DNA from: Camelus ferus
Lineage: Eukaryota
DNA length: 64,000 nucleotides
NCBI RefSeq assembly: GCF_009834535.1
Contig: NC_045696.1
Coordinates: 10,170,001-10,234,000, forward strand
Reading direction: 5' to 3'
A program made the translations under genes and the position numbers. Shown here one piece after another: positions 40,267 to 52,257 of the stretch. The notes under the pieces were generated by a model. The model was given only the letters and a program-made list of their open reading frames with translations. It was not told the origin of the DNA and ran no database searches. Each line of letters begins with the position of its first letter. Position 1 is the stretch's first letter.

Positions 40267-41287
40267 AGAAAAATGGTAAATTATTATAAAATCAGTTTGA
40301 TGAAATCTTGCACAACTATTGATGATAATGGTAAGTGAAGGAGGCATGGTGCAATTGCTGTAACCATAATTTTAGCTCTGTAAAAGTGTGCATAAAAAAA
40401 AAGAAATTCTGTACAACATCCATTATTTCTGTAAGAATGTTATATGAGCATCTTAGGGTAAGTATAAAGTTCCACACTGAGAAAGAGACTTTTCTGGCAA
40501 TCAAGTACATGTAAGAGATCAAAGAATTGAAAAATAAAAGAAATATTCAAGAGAATTATTTCAATTTCTTTTTACTTACTGTTCATAAAATATTAATATG
40601 CCTACAAATATGTTCAGAATCTTTAGTATTATAAAATTATAATAACTTTTATACTTTTAGAAAAATGTAAAGGGAACTTAAACTGCAGACTTACCTACGT
40701 ACACCCTGTCACTTTAAAAATCAAGTACTTAATTTTGTTAGAATCTAACAAAATACTAATCTCTTCAAAATAATTTATCCTTTAAAAGAAGAGACTCCAA
40801 TCTGAAATTATGTGGCAGTTTCCCTATATATATCCATCACTTCTTCCCACCTGCTCCCTAACCCAGGACCGGTGAGAAACACTCAAAATTTTAAAAGGAG
40901 TGGAAATGGAGCACCTTTATGTCCTCTCCAAACTCCCCTCACCCCACCCAAATGAGATGACTGCTACAAAGTGTTTAGCCAACTGAGAATTGTTTTGACT
41001 ATTATCTCCTTTCATGTTTGGCAGAATAAAGATGATGAAGTATATTAATCATGATTTGAATGATAAACTCATACCTGAGTCCTGCATATCAACTAATTCC
41101 TCAGCAAACTCAGTTTCCTACTCTATAGAGGAACCTATTTTGTGAAGTTACTTGCTTTGTCTTGATGCCAAAAATGGGTCATACTTGTTTTTTCTGTGGT
41201 TTAATTTTTTGCTCTTGCTTTCCTCATGTATGTAAAGAGGGTAGGATTTATTCTTGACAATAAATTCAAGCCTTTGTCATTACTTAG

Positions 41288-41360
41288 CTTATGGCAGAAA
41301 TGAAGATGGAGAAGGATTTCTTTCCTGTTGGGAGGGAAGTTGCTGGAATTGTGTTAGAAG
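41288..41360 (+). CDS. CRYZL1: CRYZL1 exon 4: [24 protein letters not shown]
   Basis: acttag|...G|gtaagt; MDR-family GxExAG motif. Confidence 0.95.
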
Positions 41361-43099
41361 GTAAGTTTACAAATACAAATATCTGTATTTATTTTCTAAG
41401 ATAAAAGAAATTAATTGGTAGCTAATTGGTTTACTGACATAAAATTGTACACGCTTCTTCAAATATAAAAGTTAATTATACAGTAGTGTTTTCCCTTTTT
41501 AGTTAAAAAGAAAAATAGAACTTAATTGGTATTTTATAATCGAAGAACTTACTACAGTTTAGTAAGTATTTAAAGATTATATATTTAAATCCATTGAATA
41601 GAATGACGAGTATTGTCCTTTTCATGATGTTTACAGACCAGCATAAATTACTTGTGTAAGTTGGCTTTGGCTTTGGGCCAAATTTTCTATAATAGTAACT
41701 ACATTTACATTACATTTTTAAAGTTTACCTAAAATTGAGTATTGAGTAAAAGGTAAGGAGTTCACTCATCTGAAAATGGGTTCTGGGGAGAAATAACCAG
41801 TAAGATTTTATGATTGTCTTAAAGAAAAATTTCAGTAAATTTTGGTTTTAACATGCAGAAGAATAAACCTGAGTACTTGAAATAATTTGTTTCTGAATAA
41901 ACATACTGTTCATATTCGCTGCTAGTATAGTTCATGATCTATCAGCTTATAGTTGCTCTTTCTGCATATATTATCATGTGGTTAAACTATTTGAATTTTA
42001 CCTGTAATTTTAACCTGTACTATACTTGTTATTCTTTCTCAGTGTAATCTTCTAACATAGCTAAATCATAATTTCATTCCCTCTCCTTTCTTCTGCTGAA
42101 CTCATAGGAGAATAAAAATAAGAATTATAATAGCCAGAAGATGATCAATCAATCATTCACTCATTAATTTATTCATTTATCATACTATTCATTTATTCAT
42201 TTAATAAGCACTTGCTCAGTGCTTGGGATATGAAGATAAATGAGACAAAGTCCCTGCCCTCCAAGAGCTCACAACCTGAAGGAAACACAAATACACATGT
42301 ATGAGCAGATTATTCTGAAAGCTCCAAGGAGAGGTGCCCAACCAGCCAGAAGAAACAGGAGAGGCTTCTTGGAGTAAGTTAGACAGTAAGGGGTGAGCAG
42401 GGGGAGAATCATACTCAGCAGAGAAGATGCCATGAATAATGTGACATATAGAAGAATTATGGAGTTTGGTGTTGCTGGAACAAAGTTAAGTTCTGGGCAG
42501 GAGTTGTAGGCAGGATTCTTGGCAGCAGAAAAATATTTTGTCAAGAAAATTCTCCTTCAGATGTAGCAGAATAAAAAATATTGAACAAAAATTTTAATGA
42601 TGATATGAACACTGATTTCTCCCCCCCAAAAAATGGGGCAAGAGGGTAGGGAAGGGCCAGATCCATGATGAGCCTCATATCTCAGATTGGGTTGTAGAGA
42701 GATTTTTAGAGTGGCCATATGAAGGGTAGATTTGAGGCAAACCAGGCTGTAGGCAAGAGGACCATTTGGGTGTAGACCAACAGGCAAGAAACAACAAAGT
42801 TCATAACCTAGATGGTGGCAGAGGTGGTGAATATATTGAAGAAATACTGAGAAAGTGAAGTCAGCAGAACTTAATAATTGACTGGAACAGGGGAATTAAA
42901 AACAGGTAAAAGTTGGGAATGATTTACAAGATTCTGGTTAAGATATGAACTAGTGCCACCAATTGATAAGGGAAGAGGGTCCAATTTGGAGAAAGTGAGT
43001 TTTGATTTATACTTGTTGAGTTCAAGGTGCCTACGTGATATCTCACTGGAAATACCTATGAGTTTAAAAACTCAAAGGTGAGAGATCTATGCTGGAATT

Positions 43100-43100
<1 letters not shown>

Positions 43101-43178
<78 letters not shown>

Positions 43179-43211
43179 CGCACACACACATATATGTGTA
43201 TATATATATAT
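43101..43211. repeat. Compound (TA)n(CA)n microsatellite within an L2-like remnant
   Basis: Direct reading. Confidence 0.9.
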
Positions 43212-44249
43212 TTAGATATTTGAAAGTTGTCAGCATAGAGGTTGTATTTGAAAAAATAGAATGTTGATGAGCTCATTCCAGAGTGAGAGTAGAAATGGAG
43301 GAGACCCACAGACAGCGTGAAATCCTTGGTAATGCCACTGTTTGAAGGACAATTGAAAGGAGTATGAAGAAAGCCAAGAAAAAAGAAACAGAGTAATTTT
43401 AGGAAGACAAGAATCCTGAGCAGAAGGGAAAGAGAAAAGTACAGAAAAAGAGCAAAAATTATTTGGGGGTGATGGCACAGGAGGGATCCGAAGAAGCAGT
43501 GAACTTGGGCCCTGGCAGAACCAGCGAAGAGGCCACTTCCCAACCTCAGGCTTCTACGTTACTTCACTGCTCGACCTCAGTTTCCTTGTCTGTTAAGTAC
43601 GAGTAATAATCCTATGTAATGGGTATGCCGTGAAGAATGTGATAATGTGCTGAAATGCTGAGCACAAGTAGACATTCAATGAAGTTTGGTATTTTTCCTC
43701 TCATTCCTCTTGTAACTATTTGAACAAAAATATTCTGGAGAGTTGACTGATTGCGGAGGCCTTTTCTCTATACATACGGAGAAAACGTAACTATCATTCT
43801 CTACAATCCCCCAAACTTCTTGGCACCATTCTGAGTTTCTTTCCATAATCCCACATCAAAGTAAATTTATATGTGACTCACTAGAATTCCCCGTTGTGCA
43901 TCTAGGATTCTGCAATTAAAATAATGATAGATTGGATTAGCCACAGTAGGGGTGGAACTCAGTGTAATCATGAGAGCCGTGGAGTGGATTATTTTCCTTT
44001 ATCCCTTCATCCTTAGCTAAATAGAGAGACATCCTTCTCCATGGTGTCAGCAACCACATGGCCCAGGTTTTTATAGAGAATCCAGATTTGAAGTGTTCTG
44101 TCCTACTGTCACATAGATTATCAAAATGTCCTAGAAGTTCATGACCTTTTCTGAGTTAGCGACTTTTTATCAACCCATGGCTTTTAAAGTTTAATAGATT
44201 ATATTGAATAACCTCATAGTACTAATTATACATTTTCTCCCCTCTTTAG

Positions 44250-44294
44250 TTGGAAGCAAAGTATCATTCTTTCAACCAGATGATGAAGTAGTTG
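44250..44294 (+). CDS. CRYZL1: CRYZL1 exon 5: (V)GSKVSFFQPDDEVV
   Basis: ctttag|...G|gtaagt. Confidence 0.95.
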
Positions 44295-45507
44295 GTAAGT
44301 TATAGGTCATAGTCCCGTTTCCATTCCTCTATTTTACTATTGTCTCTTCTTTTTTCTATACAATTGTTGATGCTTATTGTGACTTTGCTTTATACACAAA
44401 TACTTTTCTGAGTTTGGGATTTTCTTAAATATCCATTGATGAAGAGAATTGGGAATTTGACCTCAATAGCAGAATATTTAAAACTTTTCAGTATTTGGCT
44501 ATAGATATGGCAGAAAGATGACCGCCATTGTTACTCTCTGTGGTGCAGCCCCTCTCAAACAGGACCCCAGGCTATAGCTAGACCGAAGACTCCAGAGAAA
44601 AGCCAAGTCACAGGTCATCTGCTTGAAGACTACCCACTGACTTGGCCATGTAGAAGCTTCACTCTCCACACCCGACTTGAATCGTACAGAGCTTCTCCCT
44701 CACTACCCTTGTAAAACTAGAACTTCACTGAAAACATTTAATATATTGCTTTTTTTTCATATCCATAGTTAATACCATTTTTCAAATACATATATTTATG
44801 CTTGTATCCTAGACATTCACACAAATATAAAGTATGACTTTAGTAGTAGTCTTTAAAATCACCATTTCTCTGTAGAAAATGTTCATGGTAAACCTTGTAA
44901 ACTTAGAAAATATATAGCTTTACAGCATGCCTGAAGCTGTTAAGAATAAATTTGTAGGAAAGTTTTCATCAGCTTTTACAGAACTGCCTTTGACTCAGGT
45001 ATTTTCTTTAAAATTTATTGTCCATCTTACGTTTTTTTATCTGCCCAAGAAGTCAGTGACATTGTACTATTTGAGATTATTTTTGTAAGAGACCAAAGGT
45101 AAAATCAGACTAGCACAGGGGAAAATGGGATTTTATTGGAAGCATACTGAGATTATATCCTGGAAAGATAAGTGTGCATCAAAGGCAGGTTTAATGAGGA
45201 ACCCAGGTGCCCCCAAGACTCTGACGTGACTCTGTACATCAGCCATCGTCTTTACCATTACTCAGAGGTGAAAGAAGAGAAGGAAAGAGACAGAGGTAGT
45301 ATAGATATTATGGTGTTCATGTCAGAAAGTAGACTGTCCACTTCCCTTCCTTATTTCTGAAATCTCTCCCTTATCCACACTAGTAATTGCTGGAACCTTC
45401 TTCAAAATTCCATTGAGGAGAATTTAGACTAATGCTTACTGGCACCTCATTAGGAAGGAATTCATTTTCTGGATTGTTTCCCTTAAGTTTCTCATTTTAA
45501 TTTTCAG

Positions 45508-45576
45508 GAATTTTACCCCTGGATTCTGAAGACCCCGGACTTTGTGAAGTTGTTCGCGTACATGAGCATTACTTAG
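45508..45576 (+). CDS. CRYZL1: CRYZL1 exon 6: (G)ILPLDSEDPGLCEVVRVHEHYL
   Basis: tttcag|...G|gtacgt. Confidence 0.95.
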   Translation, partial: EFYPWILKTPDFVKLFAYMSIT

Positions 45577-45808
45577 GTACGTGAGGGTTCAGTCTTTTGG
45601 GAGTTCATGGAAGTCTTACCTAACAGATACATGTGGTTTTTAGTAACTGTGATTTCTTTGCATCTGCCGTGAGTGTACCTAATAAATAACTATAAGTAAA
45701 TAATACTTCTAGCTTATATTTTGTATCTGTAAAATTCATTTTCAGACTAAACAGTGTATAGCCCTTTAAGTTTCCCTTACATTGCTCATATAAGAGGTTT
45801 GTTCTATG

Positions 45809-45924
45809 AGGGAGAGGTAATTAGGTTTCTTTATTGATTTCCGCTTGGAGGAGCTACTGGGGATTGAACCTCTGACCTCTTGGGCGCTGAGCATGCGCTC
45901 TACCACTTGAACTATACCCTTCCT
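45809..45924 (-). mobile_element. Vic-1-like SINE
   Basis: ggagaggtaattaggtt...tactggggattgaacc...gagcatgcgctctaccacttgaactataccccttcc. Confidence 0.85.
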
Positions 45925-46214
45925 GCAGTAAGAGGTTTGAAAAGCAAATTTCCCTTGGCTCTGAAACTATATCCCTAATCAGATTTTTTTAAATTCTTAT
46001 TCTTGGTTATTAACTGAAATTTTTAAATGTATAAAATCTAGACAGTACATATAAAGTCGAGTCAGGAAAGACTCAAGAACAGTTATTCTTGGTTTCTGTT
46101 GCTAGTATCTTTTGACCAGTGTTCTATTAACTTAAATGTTAATTAAAATTTTTTCTTACAACAATTTACTTCTTGAGTATGTAAATTAAAATGGGTAAAT
46201 AGATACACACACAC

Positions 46215-46960
46215 ACTTCATGAAACCATAGTAAAAAGATGCTACATTTCCTTAGTAATCAGGGAAAAGCAAATTAAAACCACTTAGAGATACCATTAAG
46301 CATCCGTGAGACTGACAAAGTTACAAAGTTTGACAAGGATGTGGAGCAAAAGAATCTTTTATGCACTTGGAGTGTAAATTGGTACAAAGGCATTAGACAA
46401 TAATTTAGCATGATCTAATAAAGGGAGTGATGTGTTAACACCTCAGACCTAGTAATTCCACTTTTACTCCTGTGCCCCAGAAAAGCTTGAAGTGTACTAG
46501 TAGACGTGCTCAAGAGTTCATAGTAGCATGGTTTGCAACTGTGGAATAAAAATGGGAACAGCCCACATGTTCATCACCGGGAAGATGCATAGCTAAAGAT
46601 ATTTCTAATTCAACTCATCCATGAAAATGAATAAATAACAGCCAAACATATCAAGACGGATGAACCTCACAAACTGCTGAGTGAAATAAACAAGTTGCAG
46701 AAGAATGCAAACAGTGTGATACCATTTACTTCTGTAAAGTTCAGAAACATACGCAATTTAATTAAGCATATCTTATTTAAGGATAGAGATGAAAAGTCAT
46801 GTGGAGGTTACCTTTGTGGGGGAGGAAAGAGAATGTGACCAGAGTAGATCCACAGAACTCGGGGCTCTGGTGGCACTGCCAGTCGGCTGTTCCTTATGGT
46901 GGGATTCATGTTATTGTTTGTATCTGATCTACAGACCAACATATTCTTTTGTGTTCTTGA
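46215..46960 (+). mobile_element. Ancient L1M 3' fragment
   Basis: aaaagatgctacatttccttagtaatcagggaaaagcaaattaaaaccact...gacaaggatgtggagc...gtgtaaattggtaca. Confidence 0.7.
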
Positions 46961-47682
46961 ACTATTTCATTAAGATTTTTCCTAAGTTTCTTCCTGAATG
47001 ATATAATTGTTAATCAAACCATATGGGGCCAGTTTGGATTTTGGACTATTGAAAATAGTAAATGTATACATTTGAGTTCATACAGTAACTCGAACTTGAG
47101 TGAAATCTTTGGCATTTCTGAAATTATAAATTGTAAGTAATTTATATTTAAATTAATGACATTTACTATGTCTAAAATTTCCAAGCAATACTATATTGTT
47201 TCATTAAAAATTAATTTTAAAAGGCAGTTTTCCAGAAACCTGAGGCCTTTGCTAATCTTTATATTAAGCTACATAGATAAGGAGCCAAGTATGTCTTCCT
47301 TTGAAAGATAAAGCTCACTTTCAGATACCATGCAGTGAAGATCTCTGATCCATGACTATTTTGATATAATGCAGTTTGAAAACTGAGGACCGTCACCATC
47401 TCCTTTATGAGAAACTATACTATTTTTAATTCTAGAATTTCCTCGGGCCATTATTGCCCCTGTTCTTTTGAAACCTTGTAAATACGGAGTCAAACAAAAC
47501 TTTTGGTTTGGATTCCTAGGTTGAGTTTTGACAAAGTAAACTAAATTGTTACAGAAGGTTAACTACTAAAAAAATAAACAAATAATTAAGGTCCATGTAT
47601 TTAGGCATTGCTGAATACTGGAGAATTGTAAGATGGTCTAGAAGGAGAAAAGTAAATTGAAACACCAGAATTTTCTAGCTAT

Positions 47683-48096
47683 TGTTACGGAAATGACAGG
47701 CCAGCCAAGAAACAAGCACCACTCGGAGGGTTGGAGTACTCAGATGTATTACGCCAGTGGGCTCAGAGGGGCTTCTGCTCCAAAGCTCTGAGCACCTCCA
47801 AGACGTGCGCATGAGGTTTTATAGGATAAAGTACAAGCTTGGGGTATTTGGCCAATAGGCATGGAACAGCTTTAGCAGCATTATCATCACAAAGGTGGAG
47901 GCGGGGAGGCAGCAAACCAACATTCCAAAGCCAGATATGTATCTTTGAAAACCCAGCTGGCTAGCAAAAAAACATGAACAGCAAACCAACACTAATTAAC
48001 TTAGATTTACAAGTTAGTCCAGCAGAACTCAGATCAGTATTCCGATACTGAGATTTGTGAGTTATCTTGTTAGCACAGCCTGGCTTTTCCTTCACA
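47683..48096 (-). mobile_element. ERV solo LTR (414 bp, TG...CA ends, 4-bp TSD CTAT; ERV1-like)
   Basis: ctat|tgttacgg...ccttcaca|ctat; minus-strand TATAAAA at 47823-47817 and AATACA at 47750-47745. Confidence 0.8.
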
Positions 48097-49309
48097 CTAT
48101 AAAGTTTAAACTAAGACAAGGGAATCACACAAATGACCTTTTATTTTCCTACAAATCAGGTGGATTATAGTCCAAAAATCCACCAGCATATACAGAGAAC
48201 AAAATTCTAGATATTTCTTGAGAATAAAACATAACAAAATATTTCTTTAAAAGAAGTACTTTAAAATGACCACTAACTGTGTGTGACCTTTAGGCAAGAC
48301 CCAGAGACATGTAATTTGTCTATAAACAAGGATGCCAAACTAGATAACCTCTGATCTCTGCTGTAACTACAACATTCTGTAAAAGAGGAAAGTAATTTCA
48401 GTATGTTCCCTGAAGATTTGCAGGGGGAAATAATTCAGTTTACCACAGCTCTATTTTAGTTCCTATTAAATATTCCTTGATGATACTTTTAAATAAAAGC
48501 TCACAACTTAGTCACCTTCAAGTGAGCGTTCTTTCACCAAACCAAAGAACTAGGCTCCAGACGACTCCCAAAGATTAATCTTGTTGCAGAATATTGAGGA
48601 TAGCGTGAAGAAGTTCAGTAATTCTTTCAGCTCTTTTGTGCTTTCAGTTCTCAAGCCATCTGTCAAACGTAAAAATAATTCTATTTTTGATTCAAAATTT
48701 GGCACACCCTTTCACCATTATTCCTTTGGACCTGAGGTACAAAGAATTAAAATTGTAATTCTTGAGCTCTGACATGCTATTATTATTGATACATGCATGG
48801 CTCTCTTTTAATTATTTTCTTAGTTTTCATAACATAATAAACACTTGTAGACGACCTAACAAAAAAGCAAGACCTCAGAGTTAAGCCACATCTAACCCTG
48901 CAATTTTAAAGCCTCTGGAATCCTAAATGTAGTTTTATTACTCTTAGCATTTTTTTAAGCACTGTATTTTTGATTTCTTAATGAAAATATAGGTAGTCCC
49001 AATTCTTATGATGGAAGGTGTTCCCAAAAAAATCCATATAAATAAATTGTACATAGGTTGAGTAGGCGCTGTTACAGTAGATGAGCTTTAGAGTCAGACT
49101 TTCAAACTTGTTGGCTCTGTGGCCTCAGACAAATTAACTACCCCGAATTCCATTTCATAGTCAGTAGAATTGGGGAAATAGCCTTCATAAAGAGTTTGGT
49201 AAGGAATAAAGTACTGTGTGTGATATCACCTGGTGCTTCGTATGTTTTACTGTTTTAATGCCTTGCTTGTCTGTCTGGACATTTTCATCATGTGCTTGGA
49301 TGCTCAGTT

Positions 49310-49329
49310 TGCCCACTAGATGGCACTAG
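49310..49329 (+). promoter_or_regulatory. Candidate CTCF site
   Basis: tgcCCACTAGATGGCACtag matches the CCASYAGRKGGCRS core. Confidence 0.5.
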
Positions 49330-49689
49330 TTAATTGGTAAATGCAGTGCTGACTGTGCTAACCCATTTGAATCTATTGCCATTAGAGGAAAAACACTTCT
49401 GGTAAAGACTATGAAAACTGTTGTAAACTTTTATTGTAGGTAAAATGCGGAAAGACTGCTTGTACTGTGAAAAACAGCACATTCAGTGTACAACATAAAA
49501 GCAAAACAAAAAATAAACATTAAGGAGCAGCTTAATGGTCAGATAATATAGAGTTAATATAGTTTAAACTATATTAGGAGTTTGCATTTTGTTCCAAGTG
49601 CACTGGAAAGCCATTGATGAATTTTAAGCAGAGAAGTATTAGGATGTTATTTATGTTTTTAAAGGTCATTCTGACACTTCTGTTTTTTC

Positions 49690-50680
49690 AAAGACACCTC
49701 TAAAGAGACTGAAAAGCCATAAAGTTGAGAATAACATTTATAACACATAAACAAGCAAATGACTCATCTAAAATATATTAAGAATTCCTATAAATCAACA
49801 AGAAAAAGACAATAACAATAGAAAAATTGATGAAACACTTGAACAGGCACTTCCCAAAAGGAATTCTAGGTGGCCAATAAACACGGAAAGGTACTCAACT
49901 TAATTAATAATCAGGGGGAAATAAATTAAAATCACAGTAAGAAACCCTTACACACCCGTATGATGGGAAAATAATGTGTAGTAAAACCAGGGTTGACAAA
50001 GATGTTCACAGCAACAGCTGTGGGAGAATAAATTCATTTAGCCACTTTGGAAATCTGCAGTAAAGTCAAAGAATATATCCTGAGGCTGGATTTCTATTCC
50101 TCAGTAAATATCCTAGAGAAAACCTGTGTACCAGTGGAACAGTAACTTTTATACAAGAGCATTCTTAGCTAAGAATGCTTAACTGCCAAGAATGGGGGGA
50201 AAACACAAATGTTTCTCACTGGAGAGTGGCTAACCATCCATTGTATTAAATTAGATGTTGCCATAAAACAACAAAAATGAAAGCACTATAGCCACATGTA
50301 TAAAAAAGGATGTGTCTTAAAAAACAATGCAGAGCAAAAAAAAAAAAAAAAGATAGAAAAGAATGTGTATGGTACAGTTCCATTTAGATCAGTTTTAGAA
50401 ACCAGCAAAATAAAATTATATTGTTTAGGAATGGATACTTGAGTTATTAAATATGAAGGCAAGTAAGAAATTGAGTTAGAATGGTAGTGAGCTTTGACAT
50501 CAGTTATCTCTCAGTTAAAAAAAAACCTGGTGGGAGAGGCAAGGCTGTGGGGTGAGAGCTGTGTTCTCTCTCTTAACCAGGATAGTGGTTACTTGTGTAT
50601 TTGCTTTACCTTTATTCATCTACCCTACTTTGTTTCATGGACTTTTCTCCATGTTTTACTCTTAACAGTAAAACGTTTTA
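49690..50680 (+). mobile_element. Ancient L1M 3' fragment
   Basis: aagaattcctataaatcaacaagaaaaagac...cttgaacaggcacttcccaaaag...ggccaataaacacggaaaggtactcaac. Confidence 0.7.
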
Positions 50681-50889
50681 AAAATGCATCTACACACTGG
50701 CTTCTATGTTGAGAGTGGATTATGCGTGGGCAAGAATGGAAGCAGAGAAACTGAAATGTAGGTGAAAGATAATGAGAGCAGAGGTTTGGACCAGGGCCAT
50801 GGTGGGGGCGGAGATGGAGGGAAATAGATCCAGGAGGCAGGGCTAATGGGACCTGCTAAAGGATTGTTTCCTCTTGTTCTTTGTAATAG

Positions 50890-51023
50890 TTCACAAACCA
50901 GAAAAAGTTACATGGACAGAAGCCGCTGGAACCGTTCGGGATGGAGTACGAGCCTATACAGCTCTGCATTATCTTTCTCATCTCTCTACTGGAAAATCGG
51001 TGCTGATAATGGACGGAGCAAGT
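50890..51023 (+). CDS. CRYZL1: CRYZL1 exon 7: (V)[44 protein letters not shown]
   Basis: taatag|...AGT|gtaggt; overlaps ORF 50874-51068. Confidence 0.95.
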
Positions 51024-51714
51024 GTAGGTGCTAATAGTTTTGTCAAGAAACAGACCAACATACAGTAAACTTAGGGAATTCAGAAATGGGCCATCCATTT
51101 GCTAGTATAATTCATTGCCAGTTAGCTTATTCACTGATACCTTTACCAAACTCCCATTTTCTAAAATACTCAGCTTATATCAATAGGAGATGAAAGTCGG
51201 CATTAGTGTGTTTAGTTTCTTATTAATTTAAATCTGCTAGAACATTAAAAACAAAAAAGCAGAGAAGCCATTTTTATTCATGCCTTTTACATAAAGCCTG
51301 AACTAGCTCATAGTCTTTGAAGCCGTACCACAGAACTCCCTGCCAATTTTGTATCATGTCCCTCATACTTACTCTTATGTGAATAAAGTGTTACATTTAT
51401 AGACAATCACACAAGATCAAAACTGTGCTAATTTAAACATATTACAGGTATCATCAAAATATACCTTAAAAGAAAATACATGAAAGTATAATATTATAAT
51501 CAAAAAATGTTACAAAACTTGGGGTGAATTTATAGTTTTATTTTCTAATCTGGCTATTGATAAAAATGCTTTTTCCTACTTTGTAGCAAAAAGAAAAATA
51601 AACATCCACAAAGGAAAAAAAATACTTTTTCCCCTACTTTTCTTTGAAAAAAAGGCAGAACTGTCTTGAGCATTGGCTTCAGCCTTATGTCCAACATTAG
51701 GATAGTAGTGTTTC

Positions 51715-51746
51715 CCTGAACTTAGCCAAAAGGTCAGCAAAAGGAT
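51715..51746 (-). pseudogene. Possible degenerate 5' fragment of U2 snRNA
   Basis: cctgaacttagccaaaaggtc vs the U2 reverse complement cttgatcttagccaaaaggcc (18/21 identical). Confidence 0.3.
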
Positions 51747-52145
51747 GAAACTTTTGAAGTGCTTTGGTCTTCAAAGAGTGGTTGCTGGACTTGCATATAT
51801 ATTATGTAATTAGCTTCGATCATTATGCTGACAGGCTCTTAAAGGCCCATCTTTCTCTTTCCAAGGCCGTGTTCTGAACTTGGCCCTCGTTCTTGAAATT
51901 ATGTGCTGTGGTCAGACTGGCTGAGAGCATGTATCACAGCTTTTTCACCACTGCTCCTAAGGAAGAAAGTCAATCAAATGTTTCCCCTACCAAACCTGGT
52001 CTATATTTTTTTCTTTTTCTATTAGACACCATTTAAAAATATACTGAAATAGCACTAGACTACTATATTTTCGTTAAATAACCTATAAAACAAATTAGAT
52101 ACAGCCTCTGCCCTATAAATGCATCGTGTATTTGTTTCCTCACAG

Positions 52146-52257
52146 GCATTTGGTACAATAGCTATTCAGTTAGCACACCATAGAGGAGCCAAAGTGATTT
52201 CAACAGCATGCAGCCTTGAAGATAAGCAGTGTCTTGAAAGATTTAGGCCTTCCATAG
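52146..52257 (+). CDS. CRYZL1: CRYZL1 exon 8: [37 protein letters not shown]
   Basis: tcacag|...G|gtgggt; Rossmann-fold segment. Confidence 0.95.

Noticed and set aside
43064..43543. 159-aa minus-strand ORF
   Set aside because: Runs through a dinucleotide microsatellite and an L2-like remnant
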